In this document: positions 44,239 to 52,772 of the stretch, piece by piece
How positions within the stretch are numbered: position 1 is the first letter of the stretch
How the letters are laid out: the number at the start of each line of letters is the position of its first letter
NCBI GenBank assembly: GCA_963777605.1
Contig: CAVZRV010000011.1
Coordinates: 32,001-96,000 of the forward strand
Length of the DNA stretch: 64,000 nt
Reading direction: 5' to 3'
Origin: an uncultured Acidobacteriota bacterium
GTDB taxonomy: Bacteria; Acidobacteriota; UBA6911; RPQK01; JAPXNP01
Program-made: the position numbers and the translations under genes
The notes under the pieces: generated by a model
Told to the model about the DNA's origin: nothing
The model's input: only the letters and a program-made list of their open reading frames with translations
The model's database searches: none

Positions 44239-45669
44239 ATGTCTACTCAACTGAACGAAGCTCACGTGGGAGTACCGATGCAAGCTCATCGAAAGTACCT
44301 TTTCGACTCCTTTCCGCAAAGTTTCCGTTTGGTCAAAGCTCTTCCAATGGTCTTTGTCCCGGCAGTTCTGCTGTTCGTCTCGTTTGATACGGGCCTCGCC
44401 CGGCAGGCTGGAGGGCAAATTCAGATACCCGCAGACGGCTCCTGTGTTTCGTCAGAATGTCATCTCCAGATCAGCAAATTCACGAACCGCCACGCGGTAG
44501 TCGATGACTGTGTTTCGTGTCATGTAGAGACCGGCAAAGGACATTCGTTCGAACCGGTTTCCGATGTCGCCGCGCTTTGCACACAGTGCCACAGCGAATT
44601 GACAGCGCAGCCTGTCGTCCACCCTCCGGCCACCGATGACTGCACTGTCTGTCACCAGCCGCACGGGTCCGATGCACCCAAGCTTCTGGTCGATTCCAAC
44701 GTCGGGCAACTCTGCTTCTCCTGCCACGACTCAGAAATTGTCGAGAAACCTTACAAACATGGCCCGGCGGCGGCTGGAGCCTGCACGGTCTGTCACGATC
44801 CTCACTCGGCGCCTGAGAATAGTCTCGTGCGCGCACCCGTCGTCACACTGTGCGAGGGTTGCCACGTTGACATGGCGGAGCAACTGGCTGCGGCGTCTGA
44901 CGTCCATGACCCGGTGACCTCAGACTGCACGCTCTGTCACGATCCCCACAGCGGCCCCGAGCCTCGGATGATCGCTTCGAACGGAAGGAGGCTGTGCGAG
45001 ACCTGTCACGTCTCCCTTGCCAGAGCGGCCGACCAGGCTGCAGTGAAACACTCCCCGGTGGAAGGCCCGGACGGCTGCCCTCGATGTCACCAACCCCACG
45101 CCTCCAACGCGGCTCCGCTGCTGAAACAGTCGGAGATGGACCTGTGCCTGAGCTGCCACAACCGCCCTCTGCCCGAGGCTTCTCCGGAACTCGTCGACAT
45201 GAAGGACCTGCTCGCCAGAAACCAGAACTGGCATGGTCCGATCACTGAAGGGAGTTGCGTCGGCTGCCACGAGGTACACGGGGGAGAGCATTTCAGGCTT
45301 CTCGTCGACTCCTACCCGGCACGCTTTTACAGCGCCTTTGCGACCGAAAACTACGCTCTCTGCTTTGAATGTCACGAGGAAGCTGCAATCACCGAGCAGT
45401 ACACGACGTCACTGACAGGTTTCCGCGACGGAGATCTGAACCTGCACTACGTCCACGTCCGGAAGGAGCGCCGGGGAAGGACCTGCCGGGCCTGCCACGA
45501 AGTGCACGCCAGCCGCCAACCTCTGCATCTCAGAGACTCCGTGCCCTACGGAAGCTGGAACCTCCCGATCGGATTCCAGAAGAACGAAAACGGGGGCTCC
45601 TGCAGCCCCGGTTGCCACGAGCCGCTTCCCTACAATCGCGACAGCAAACCACAACGGACTGCCAGGTGA
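44239..45669 (+). CDS. Periplasmic multiheme cytochrome c (13 CxxCH + Cx4CH + Cx3CH)
   Basis: Motifs counted in the translation; repeated H.P...CxxCHxPH pairs; true start may be downstream (44278 or 44347). Confidence 0.92.
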   Translation: MSTQLNEAHVGVPMQAHRKYLFDSFPQSFRLVKALPMVFVPAVLLFVSFDTGLARQAGGQIQIPADGSCVSSECHLQISKFTNRHAVVDDCVSCHVETGKGHSFEPVSDVAALCTQCHSELTAQPVVHPPATDDCTVCHQPHGSDAPKLLVDSNVGQLCFSCHDSEIVEKPYKHGPAAAGACTVCHDPHSAPENSLVRAPVVTLCEGCHVDMAEQLAAASDVHDPVTSDCTLCHDPHSGPEPRMIASNGRRLCETCHVSLARAADQAAVKHSPVEGPDGCPRCHQPHASNAAPLLKQSEMDLCLSCHNRPLPEASPELVDMKDLLARNQNWHGPITEGSCVGCHEVHGGEHFRLLVDSYPARFYSAFATENYALCFECHEEAAITEQYTTSLTGFRDGDLNLHYVHVRKERRGRTCRACHEVHASRQPLHLRDSVPYGSWNLPIGFQKNENGGSCSPGCHEPLPYNRDSKPQRTAR

Positions 45670-45672
45670 CCG

Positions 45673-46698
45673 GTGATGTGGATGGCGTTCTCTAGTGTCT
45701 TCAATGCGTCACTCCTGCTGACCCTGGTGTTGCCGCCAGCAGGCTTTCGGCAGATCCAGGCAGGGGACCCAGTCCCCCCGTTTTCCCTGCAGAAGCCCGA
45801 TGGAAAGATTTGGAACTACCCCCTCTCTGCTGCCGATTCGTCGAAGGTCCTGATCATCGCTTTCTGGCGCCCGGAACAGGACCGCTCGGCCTCGCTACTC
45901 GAGGACCTGCAACGGCTCTCCGGTGACGAAGGCGCCGCGAGTGTCCGCATCGTAGCGATCTGTTCGGGACCGGAATGCCCAAAGGAGGCAAAGGTTGAAG
46001 TGGACGGCAGATCCTTCCCCTACCCCGTCTTCCTCGATCCCAACCGGAGCGTCTACGGGATGTTCGGCGTCGTGGTAACCCCGTCAGTTGGATTCATCGA
46101 TTCCGCCGGCATTCTGCGTTTCGACTATGCCGGTTACCGGCGCGACTTTCTGACTACCGCCCGGGCCCATCGTGACCGGCTACTGGGAATGATCACCGCC
46201 GAGGAACACGAACTCAGAACGAACGGCGAACATGCAGCCGTTCCTGAGGTTGTGGCCGGGAAGGCGCTGGTCCGACTGGCGCTGAGGAGTCTTCGGGAAG
46301 GGAGTCCCGAAGTTGCCGAAGAACAGCTTCTAAAAGCCTGGAACGCGAATCCGCCCAACCGGGAAGCCGGAGCTGCACTTGCCTTTCTCCTCCTGGAACA
46401 GGGGCGAAACGACGAGACAATTGAAGTTTCGAACCGCCTCCTCGGGGCCTTTGCCGACGACCCGGAAGCCCTCGGAGCAAAGGGTTTGGCAATGATTCGA
46501 ACCGGCCGGTCCGGCGAAGGGGAACTCATGCTAAATCGAGCGGTCGATGAAGGAGCCGGCAACTGGCAAATCCTCCACGAAGCAGGCTTGTTGGCAGAAA
46601 AGGAGGGCAAATACCAGAAGGCGGCAGGACATTTCCGGGAAGCCCTGGAACAACTCATTCAGCAACGAGGCCGGACTGAACCTCCGGAAAATCAATGA
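45673..46698 (+). CDS. Redoxin-fold (no CxxC) plus TPR protein
   Basis: GDPVPPFSL, AFWRPEQDRS in place of WCxxC, YGMFGVVVTP; C-terminal TPR-like helices. Confidence 0.78.
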   Translation: MMWMAFSSVFNASLLLTLVLPPAGFRQIQAGDPVPPFSLQKPDGKIWNYPLSAADSSKVLIIAFWRPEQDRSASLLEDLQRLSGDEGAASVRIVAICSGPECPKEAKVEVDGRSFPYPVFLDPNRSVYGMFGVVVTPSVGFIDSAGILRFDYAGYRRDFLTTARAHRDRLLGMITAEEHELRTNGEHAAVPEVVAGKALVRLALRSLREGSPEVAEEQLLKAWNANPPNREAGAALAFLLLEQGRNDETIEVSNRLLGAFADDPEALGAKGLAMIRTGRSGEGELMLNRAVDEGAGNWQILHEAGLLAEKEGKYQKAAGHFREALEQLIQQRGRTEPPENQ

Positions 46699-46796
46699 TG
46701 TGCGAGAAATCGATGTGGGGCGTTGGAACGTGTTTCGAAGGCGTTCCAATTCCGATGCCTCAAACCAGTGGAACGCCGGGAAAAAGGAGGGAATCT

Positions 46797-47429
46797 ATGC
46801 CGATGGAAGGAAAATGGCCTTCTCGTCTTGTACTTGCAATGACGATCATGCTGGCAATCTCCACCTACGGGGTCGCCCAGATCACCGGAAGTGCGCATGA
46901 CTTCTCCAGCCGGAGCTGGAACAGCACCAACGAGATCTGCGTCGTTTGCCACACGCCCCATAATGCGGATACCAGCGTGACCGATGCACCGCTCTGGAAC
47001 CACCAGGTCACGAATGCGACGTTCACGGTCTATTCGGCTGCAACCCTTGACGCAGTCGTCGGCCAACCGGACGGCGCATCCAAGCTCTGCCTCTCCTGCC
47101 ATGACGGGACCATCGCCGTGGACAATTTCGGGGGAGCAACCGACGGGACGCACTTCATCGAGGGGCGATACAGTGTCGGCACCGACCTGAGCAACGACCA
47201 CCCCGTCTCGTTCACGTACGACAGTGCCCTGGCCAATGACGACGGTGGACTCTTCGACCCATCGTCCGCCATGTCCGGACTCGGTGGAACGATTGCCGAC
47301 GATCTGCTCATCGCAAACCGGGTTCAGTGTTCGTCCTGTCATGACGTTCACAACGGCTCGGGGGTGAACAATCTGCTGGTCAAGAGCAATGAAGGCAGCA
47401 CGCTGTGCCTGACCTGTCACAACAAATAG
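46797..47429 (+). CDS. omcE: OmcE-like tetraheme cytochrome c (nanowire subunit homologue)
   Basis: Signal peptide; HDFS, ICVVCHTPHNA, PLWN, LCLSCHDG, GTDLSNDHPV, CSSCHDVH, terminal LCLTCHNK match the motif order I recall for Geobacter OmcE; strong AAGGAGG RBS. Confidence 0.85.
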   Translation: MPMEGKWPSRLVLAMTIMLAISTYGVAQITGSAHDFSSRSWNSTNEICVVCHTPHNADTSVTDAPLWNHQVTNATFTVYSAATLDAVVGQPDGASKLCLSCHDGTIAVDNFGGATDGTHFIEGRYSVGTDLSNDHPVSFTYDSALANDDGGLFDPSSAMSGLGGTIADDLLIANRVQCSSCHDVHNGSGVNNLLVKSNEGSTLCLTCHNK

Positions 47430-47436
47430 ACGGTTC

Positions 47437-47460
47437 GGAGGGAGGCGCGTGCCTTCCTCC
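47437..47460 (+). terminator. Stem-loop immediately after the omcE-like gene (no U-tract)
   Basis: GGAGGGAGGC-GCGT-GCCTTCCTCC. Confidence 0.5.
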
Positions 47461-47616
47461 ATCCCAGTGTCGGACATGCCAGTCAGACAAACGAAGTGGC
47501 AGGTCTTTCGGTCGGGCACGTCCTTATTCGTGCCCGACCGCCCCCGTGGACTTTGAAATGAGAACGCTATCCCGAGGTCCGGAATCCGGGCCCCGGAGGT
47601 TGTCCTCGAGGAGTAG

Positions 47617-48738
47617 TTGACATTGTTCAGGAAGCCAGCATTCAAGATCGCAAGACAAACTCGCCCAAGCCGAATTGCAAGCGTTCGATGGCTGACGCCC
47701 CTGGCGCTCCTGCTTCCGGCAGTCTGGCTCCCCGGCCTGGTCGGTTCCCCACAGGACCGTTCGCCCGTTTTCTATCCCGAACCCCCAGAGACACCGCGAA
47801 TCCAGTTCCTTGCTACCTACAACTCCCAGCAGGACCTGGGGAAGAAGGTCGGCGGATTCCGGCGTTTTGTCCTGGGTGCGGAGCAGAAAGACGACGGGAT
47901 CATCCGTCCCTACGGTGTCGCGTTCTTCGACAACCAGATCTTTGTTTGTGACTCCCGTGCGGCGGCAGTGGGAATCTTCGATCTGAAGAAGAAGGAGTTC
48001 CGGCGGATGGGAAATCGTTCTCCGGGTCGGCTGAACCGCCCCATCAACATCGCCATCGACTCTGACGGGACGCGCTACGTAGCCGACACCGGCCACCGGC
48101 GAATCATGGTTTACGATCGCGATGACCGATACCTGAGGGCTCTGGGGGATCCGGACAAGCTGTCTCCCAGCGACCTGGTGATTGCCAAGAACAATCTCTA
48201 CGTTTGTGATGTCGACAACGGGCAGGTCGTCATACTGGACAAGCAGGACGGGACCGAACAACAGCGGATCGGCTCGAAAGGTGCCCAGGAGGGAGAGCTG
48301 TTCTTCCCCACCAACCTGGCCGTCGATCCGGACGGGAACCTGTACGTCGCGGACACCGGGAACGCCCGCATCGTTGAATTCGACAGGCGCGGTAAATTCA
48401 AATCCCAGTTTGGCCATTTCGGCGACCGGCCCGGGACCTTCACGCGTCCGAAAGGGCTCGCAGTGGACCGCAATGGGTACATTTACGTCGTTGACGCCGC
48501 CTTCGAGAACATCCAAATCTTCGATCGGAACGAACAGCTGCTTCTCTTCTTCGGAGGCCCGGGAAACGGCCCGGGAGGAATAAACCTACCCGCCCAGATC
48601 CTGATCGATTACGACCACGTGCCACTCTTCCAGGACAAGGTGGCTCCGGGCTACAAAATCGGCCATCTCATCCTCGTGACCAGTCAATACGGGGACAACA
48701 AGGTCAACGTCTACGCATTTCTGGAGCGAAACGATTGA
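47617..48738 (+). CDS. NHL-repeat 6-bladed beta-propeller protein
   Basis: YP.PP..PRIQFL; RPINIAID, YVADTGN.RI, F.RPKGLAVD...YVVDAAFENIQIF. Confidence 0.9.
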   Translation: MTLFRKPAFKIARQTRPSRIASVRWLTPLALLLPAVWLPGLVGSPQDRSPVFYPEPPETPRIQFLATYNSQQDLGKKVGGFRRFVLGAEQKDDGIIRPYGVAFFDNQIFVCDSRAAAVGIFDLKKKEFRRMGNRSPGRLNRPINIAIDSDGTRYVADTGHRRIMVYDRDDRYLRALGDPDKLSPSDLVIAKNNLYVCDVDNGQVVILDKQDGTEQQRIGSKGAQEGELFFPTNLAVDPDGNLYVADTGNARIVEFDRRGKFKSQFGHFGDRPGTFTRPKGLAVDRNGYIYVVDAAFENIQIFDRNEQLLLFFGGPGNGPGGINLPAQILIDYDHVPLFQDKVAPGYKIGHLILVTSQYGDNKVNVYAFLERND

Positions 48739-49316
48739 AGGAACCAGAAGTCCCCTACCGGAATCTGTTCCTGTCTGTGGTCCTGGTTCCGTGCCTGATC
48801 TTCATAGCCTGCACGGCCGGATGCGCGACCCGGGAGGCCCGCCATCGCACTCTGAACATCCTTTTCGATGGAGTTCCTCCTCTCGACGAGCAGGCTCCGC
48901 CGGATGTCCCACCGCCTTCGGATGACAAGGAATCCTCACCCGTTGTCGCCAGGGACTCGGCGTTCCACCTCCACGGTCCATATGCGGCACGGCGGTGCAG
49001 CGCCTGCCACGAAGCCACGTTCTCCAACCGGCTGACGGCTCCCAAAGAAACGATCTGCCTCAAGTGCCACGAACCCAGGGAGTTCGCACTCCCCTACCTG
49101 CACGGCCCTGCCGCAGCCGGGCAATGCGGAGCCTGTCACCATCCCCATCGCTCCAGGCTTCCCTACCTGCTTCTCGCCGATGGGGAATCTCTCTGCACGA
49201 CCTGCCATTCCCCGGAAACCTTTTCCGGGCTCGAGAACCACAAGTCCGAAATGAGCGAACGATGCCTGGGGTGTCACGGCCCTCACGGCGGTCAGGACAG
49301 GTACCTGCGACGATGA
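48735..49316 (+). CDS. Pentaheme c-type cytochrome lipoprotein (ExtC-like)
   Basis: TAGC lipobox, LFDGVP, 5 CxxCH. Confidence 0.88.
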   Translation: MKEPEVPYRNLFLSVVLVPCLIFIACTAGCATREARHRTLNILFDGVPPLDEQAPPDVPPPSDDKESSPVVARDSAFHLHGPYAARRCSACHEATFSNRLTAPKETICLKCHEPREFALPYLHGPAAAGQCGACHHPHRSRLPYLLLADGESLCTTCHSPETFSGLENHKSEMSERCLGCHGPHGGQDRYLRR

Positions 49317-51280
49317 AACGCGCAGTTCCCGACGCCCGGTGGATCATCGTCTCGACGGCACTCGTCCTGATCGTCTGCGCACCCTGCCTGGAGGGGCAGC
49401 AGGTGAGACCTTTTTCGCTGACCGACGAGCGGGACGGATTGATCGAGTTCCTGGTACGCCAAAAGAAGGATCGCCGCTCGAACAATCTCGTCGCCGCCTG
49501 GGATGCCCAGGAATTGGAGTTTATCGAACGAATCGGCTGGGGTTCCGGAGGATACGTTTACCATCCCTACTTCGTTAGTCTCCGGTTCTTCGCCCTCCTG
49601 GAACTCCACCAGGACCACTACTCGGGGTTCAGCTGGGACCGGCGACGGGACAACAAGGTGCTGCCCCAGGGCCGCTTCGACCTGACACTTCTCGAGACCC
49701 ATCCCTACACGTTCACGTTCTTCGGGAACCGGCAGGAGACGGAGATCGATCGGGCCTTTGCCCGCAGCTTCCCCCTCATGACCGAGACCCTTGGCGGGTC
49801 CTTCAATTACAAGAAAGGTCCCCTGCCCTTCAGGATGATCATCAGGCACAACCGGCGAAGAGGCTACGACGCAGGATCGGACATCAGCGACCGGACGGAA
49901 GAGATCCGAGCGGAAAGTCAGTACGCCATCAGCGACCGGTCCCGGGGAACCCTGCTGGGAGAGTGGATTGACATCTGGGAGGACGTCCAGGCCCGGCGGC
50001 TGGTCAGGATGGGATTCTCGACCAACAACGTGAGCTGGTTCGGTGCCGATCGGAGGCGGCAGTTGACCAGCAACTTCCGCACGAGCCGGCAGGAGTCGCT
50101 CGCGGACACTTCGTCCACGTCCTTCTCCGAGGCATTCGGCTGGCGGCATACGGATTCCTTTTCCACGAACTACCGCTTTCGCCTTGACCGAAACGAAATT
50201 GAGGCTCAAACCGTGAACACGGTCGAAGGGCGGGCGGCGGTCAATCACCAGTTGTATGAAAGCCTTACCTCTCGGTTGGATGGTTTCCTCATCAACCAGG
50301 ATGCCACCCAGGGAACCTCCAAACGATTCGGCGGCACTCTGACCGAATCCTATTCAAAAGGCCTGACCGACTGGGCTCGACTCGGACTTTCGCTGGGCCT
50401 GACATCCGAGACACTTTCCCGAGACCGGACCCAGGAACTGGCCCAGGTCGCCGACGAACCGCACACGCTCGTTGACGAGCAACCGGCTCAACTCGACAAC
50501 CTGGACATTGAACCGGCCTCGGTGATTGCAACCGACGACCGGGGTGCCCAGGTCTACTTCGAGAACGAAGACTACGTGCTGATCGTCCGAGGCGCCATCA
50601 TCGAGATCGTCAGGCTGGCACTCGGCAACATTCCCGACGGCGGTCTGGTGCTGGTCAGTTACCAATACCGACTCCAGCCGTCGAGCCGCGTCGCCACGCA
50701 CGGTGGCACTGGGGAAGCCCGAATCGCCCTTGGAAACTGGCTTTCACTGCGGACGGGGCTCAACCGGCTCAACCAGAGTCAGGAAGCCGGAAATCCGGGA
50801 GTCCGACTGGAAGCGTTGAAGCGGACCTACTCCGACCTGCGAGCAACCTGGCGGTGGATCTCTGCTGGAGTGTCCTACGACAACCGCGAGTCGCGGATCT
50901 CCCCCCAGCGCTCCCTCGCCGAGCACGTCACGCTGTCAGCTACTTCGGGCCGGGGCTGGCGGTATCTATTTTCAGCCCGTCACCAGTTCTCCCGGTACCC
51001 GGACGACAACGTTCATGTTCGGTCAGTCGGGTTCTTTGGGTCCCTGGCAATGCCGCTCGGCTTCCGAGGACGGTTGGAATGCGAGGGGCAGTGGCGGCGA
51101 GACCGCTGGCGGGGACAACCCGGCTTCAACGACCTCGATGACCGAGGGGTCAAGGTCAGTCTCGAGTGGCGGCTGGTCGATCTGATCCTCTCGGGCGGAG
51201 GCCGGCTCTCCAGAATACTCCGCGGCCCTCAAATAGACGACACGAGTCGGCTCTTTGTCAGCATCAGAAGGGAGTTTTGA
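49313..51280 (+). CDS. Outer-membrane beta-barrel (porin-cytochrome conduit type) with an inserted soluble domain
   Basis: Signal peptide, alternating amphipathic strands, C-terminal FVSIRREF; ATGA overlap with the pentaheme gene. Confidence 0.78.
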   Translation: MKRAVPDARWIIVSTALVLIVCAPCLEGQQVRPFSLTDERDGLIEFLVRQKKDRRSNNLVAAWDAQELEFIERIGWGSGGYVYHPYFVSLRFFALLELHQDHYSGFSWDRRRDNKVLPQGRFDLTLLETHPYTFTFFGNRQETEIDRAFARSFPLMTETLGGSFNYKKGPLPFRMIIRHNRRRGYDAGSDISDRTEEIRAESQYAISDRSRGTLLGEWIDIWEDVQARRLVRMGFSTNNVSWFGADRRRQLTSNFRTSRQESLADTSSTSFSEAFGWRHTDSFSTNYRFRLDRNEIEAQTVNTVEGRAAVNHQLYESLTSRLDGFLINQDATQGTSKRFGGTLTESYSKGLTDWARLGLSLGLTSETLSRDRTQELAQVADEPHTLVDEQPAQLDNLDIEPASVIATDDRGAQVYFENEDYVLIVRGAIIEIVRLALGNIPDGGLVLVSYQYRLQPSSRVATHGGTGEARIALGNWLSLRTGLNRLNQSQEAGNPGVRLEALKRTYSDLRATWRWISAGVSYDNRESRISPQRSLAEHVTLSATSGRGWRYLFSARHQFSRYPDDNVHVRSVGFFGSLAMPLGFRGRLECEGQWRRDRWRGQPGFNDLDDRGVKVSLEWRLVDLILSGGGRLSRILRGPQIDDTSRLFVSIRREF

Positions 51281-51282
51281 CC

Positions 51283-51708
51283 ATGAGATTCGAGTCGGAA
51301 TCAGCCAACAGAACGAACAGAGATGTTCCCTCCCTGATCCGACCTGCGCTGGTCGCGGTCACGATTCTGATAACCGCTTTGTCTCTCGTGACAACCGCCC
51401 TGATCTGCAAGCTGATTCTGCACAGGTCGCGAACCGGGATCGACCGGGCTGCCGAGATGCTGAACGCGATCGATCGACCCTCCGCGGTTTTGTGGACGGA
51501 TCAGGAACTCCTCGACACGAGGGTGATCCTCCAGGCTCGCCGGTCTATTGCGGAACGACTGTCCTCGTTCAGGAAGGCGTCCGATGAGCTGATACGGGGA
51601 GTTGAGGCCGCCAAGGCCGACCCGGCTAATGCCCTCAAATTTCTTCAAGATTCCGTTGACCGAGCCAGTCGAATCTCGGAATCGGGACAAAACCTCTTTC
51701 GACCGTGA
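51283..51708 (+). CDS. Single-TM hypothetical protein with helical domain
   Basis: GGGAG RBS; ALVAVTILITALSLVTTALIC TM segment; coupled to neighbours. Confidence 0.6.
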   Translation: MRFESESANRTNRDVPSLIRPALVAVTILITALSLVTTALICKLILHRSRTGIDRAAEMLNAIDRPSAVLWTDQELLDTRVILQARRSIAERLSSFRKASDELIRGVEAAKADPANALKFLQDSVDRASRISESGQNLFRP

Positions 51709-52772
51709 ATTCCACGATGAAAGTGAACCGGTGCCCCCAAACCTGTTGTGCAGTGGTTGCATGCCTCGCCTTGCTGCCCTTCCTGGCCGGCTGCTCGTCC
51801 GGCCGGTCTGCTCCCCAGGCCTGGGTCCCTTCCGCAGCCAGGATCGTCTGGCCAAATCCGCCGGCCCGTGCCCGAATTGAGTACGTAGGGGCCTTGCGGG
51901 CCGGGTTCCCGGGAAAGAAAGAGTCTTTCACCAGGAAAATCGGTCACCTGTTCGTCGGTCGTAGAGAGAAATTGATGATCCGCCCGGCCGCGGTAGGGGG
52001 TAACAGGGCAGGCCTGATCGCCGTCGCGGACCCGGGTGTTCCCACCGTACACATCTACGACTTCCCCGCTTCCCGGTACACTCAACCCAGTGAAGAGACG
52101 GTGAGCAGGCTCCGGTGCCCGGTCGGAATCGCAGTGGCATCCGATGGGCGCATCTTCGTCGCGGACTCCCAGCAGGAGCGGATCTTTGTCCTCGGACCAG
52201 CTGGCGACCTCCTGAACGAATGGGGATCCGGCGTTCTGAAGAGACCCACCGGGCTGGCCCTGGACGCTTCCGGAGATCGTCTCTTCGTCGTGGATGCGAT
52301 CCTCAACCAAGTCCTCTCCTTCGACCAAAATGGCCGGTTGACGAACCGGTTTGGGGAACGCGGCCTCAGGCCGGGGCAGTTCAACTATCCGATTCACGCC
52401 GCACTGACCCCAGACGGCCGGCTTTGCCTGACGGATTCGATGAACTTCCGGGTCCAGGTATTCTCACTCGAAGGAGAGCCCCAGCTTGCCTTTGGCTCGG
52501 CAGGCGACAGTGCAGGCGACTTCACCAGGCCGAAGGGCATCGGGACCGACTCGCGCGGCCGCTACTACGTGGTTGACGGGGCCTTCGAAAATGTCCAGAT
52601 CTTCGACCCTCAAGGGCGATTGCTGCTCGCCTTCGGCAACCCCGGGACGGGACCCGGAGAACTCTCGTTGCCCACCGGGATCTACCTGGGGCCCGACAAC
52701 CGGATCTACGTCGCCGATTCCTTCAACAGCCGCATCCAGGTATTTCAACTTCTGGAGGGTGAAGATTCATGA
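51705..52772 (+). CDS. NHL-repeat beta-propeller lipoprotein
   Basis: LAGC lipobox; WPNPPARARIEY; GQFNYP, DSMNFRVQ, FTRPKGIG, ADSFNSRIQVF. Confidence 0.9.
   Translation: MNSTMKVNRCPQTCCAVVACLALLPFLAGCSSGRSAPQAWVPSAARIVWPNPPARARIEYVGALRAGFPGKKESFTRKIGHLFVGRREKLMIRPAAVGGNRAGLIAVADPGVPTVHIYDFPASRYTQPSEETVSRLRCPVGIAVASDGRIFVADSQQERIFVLGPAGDLLNEWGSGVLKRPTGLALDASGDRLFVVDAILNQVLSFDQNGRLTNRFGERGLRPGQFNYPIHAALTPDGRLCLTDSMNFRVQVFSLEGEPQLAFGSAGDSAGDFTRPKGIGTDSRGRYYVVDGAFENVQIFDPQGRLLLAFGNPGTGPGELSLPTGIYLGPDNRIYVADSFNSRIQVFQLLEGEDS

Noticed and set aside
48995-49312. N-terminal 106 aa of the 761-aa ORF
   Set aside because: Overlaps the pentaheme gene; the signal peptide begins at ATG 49313
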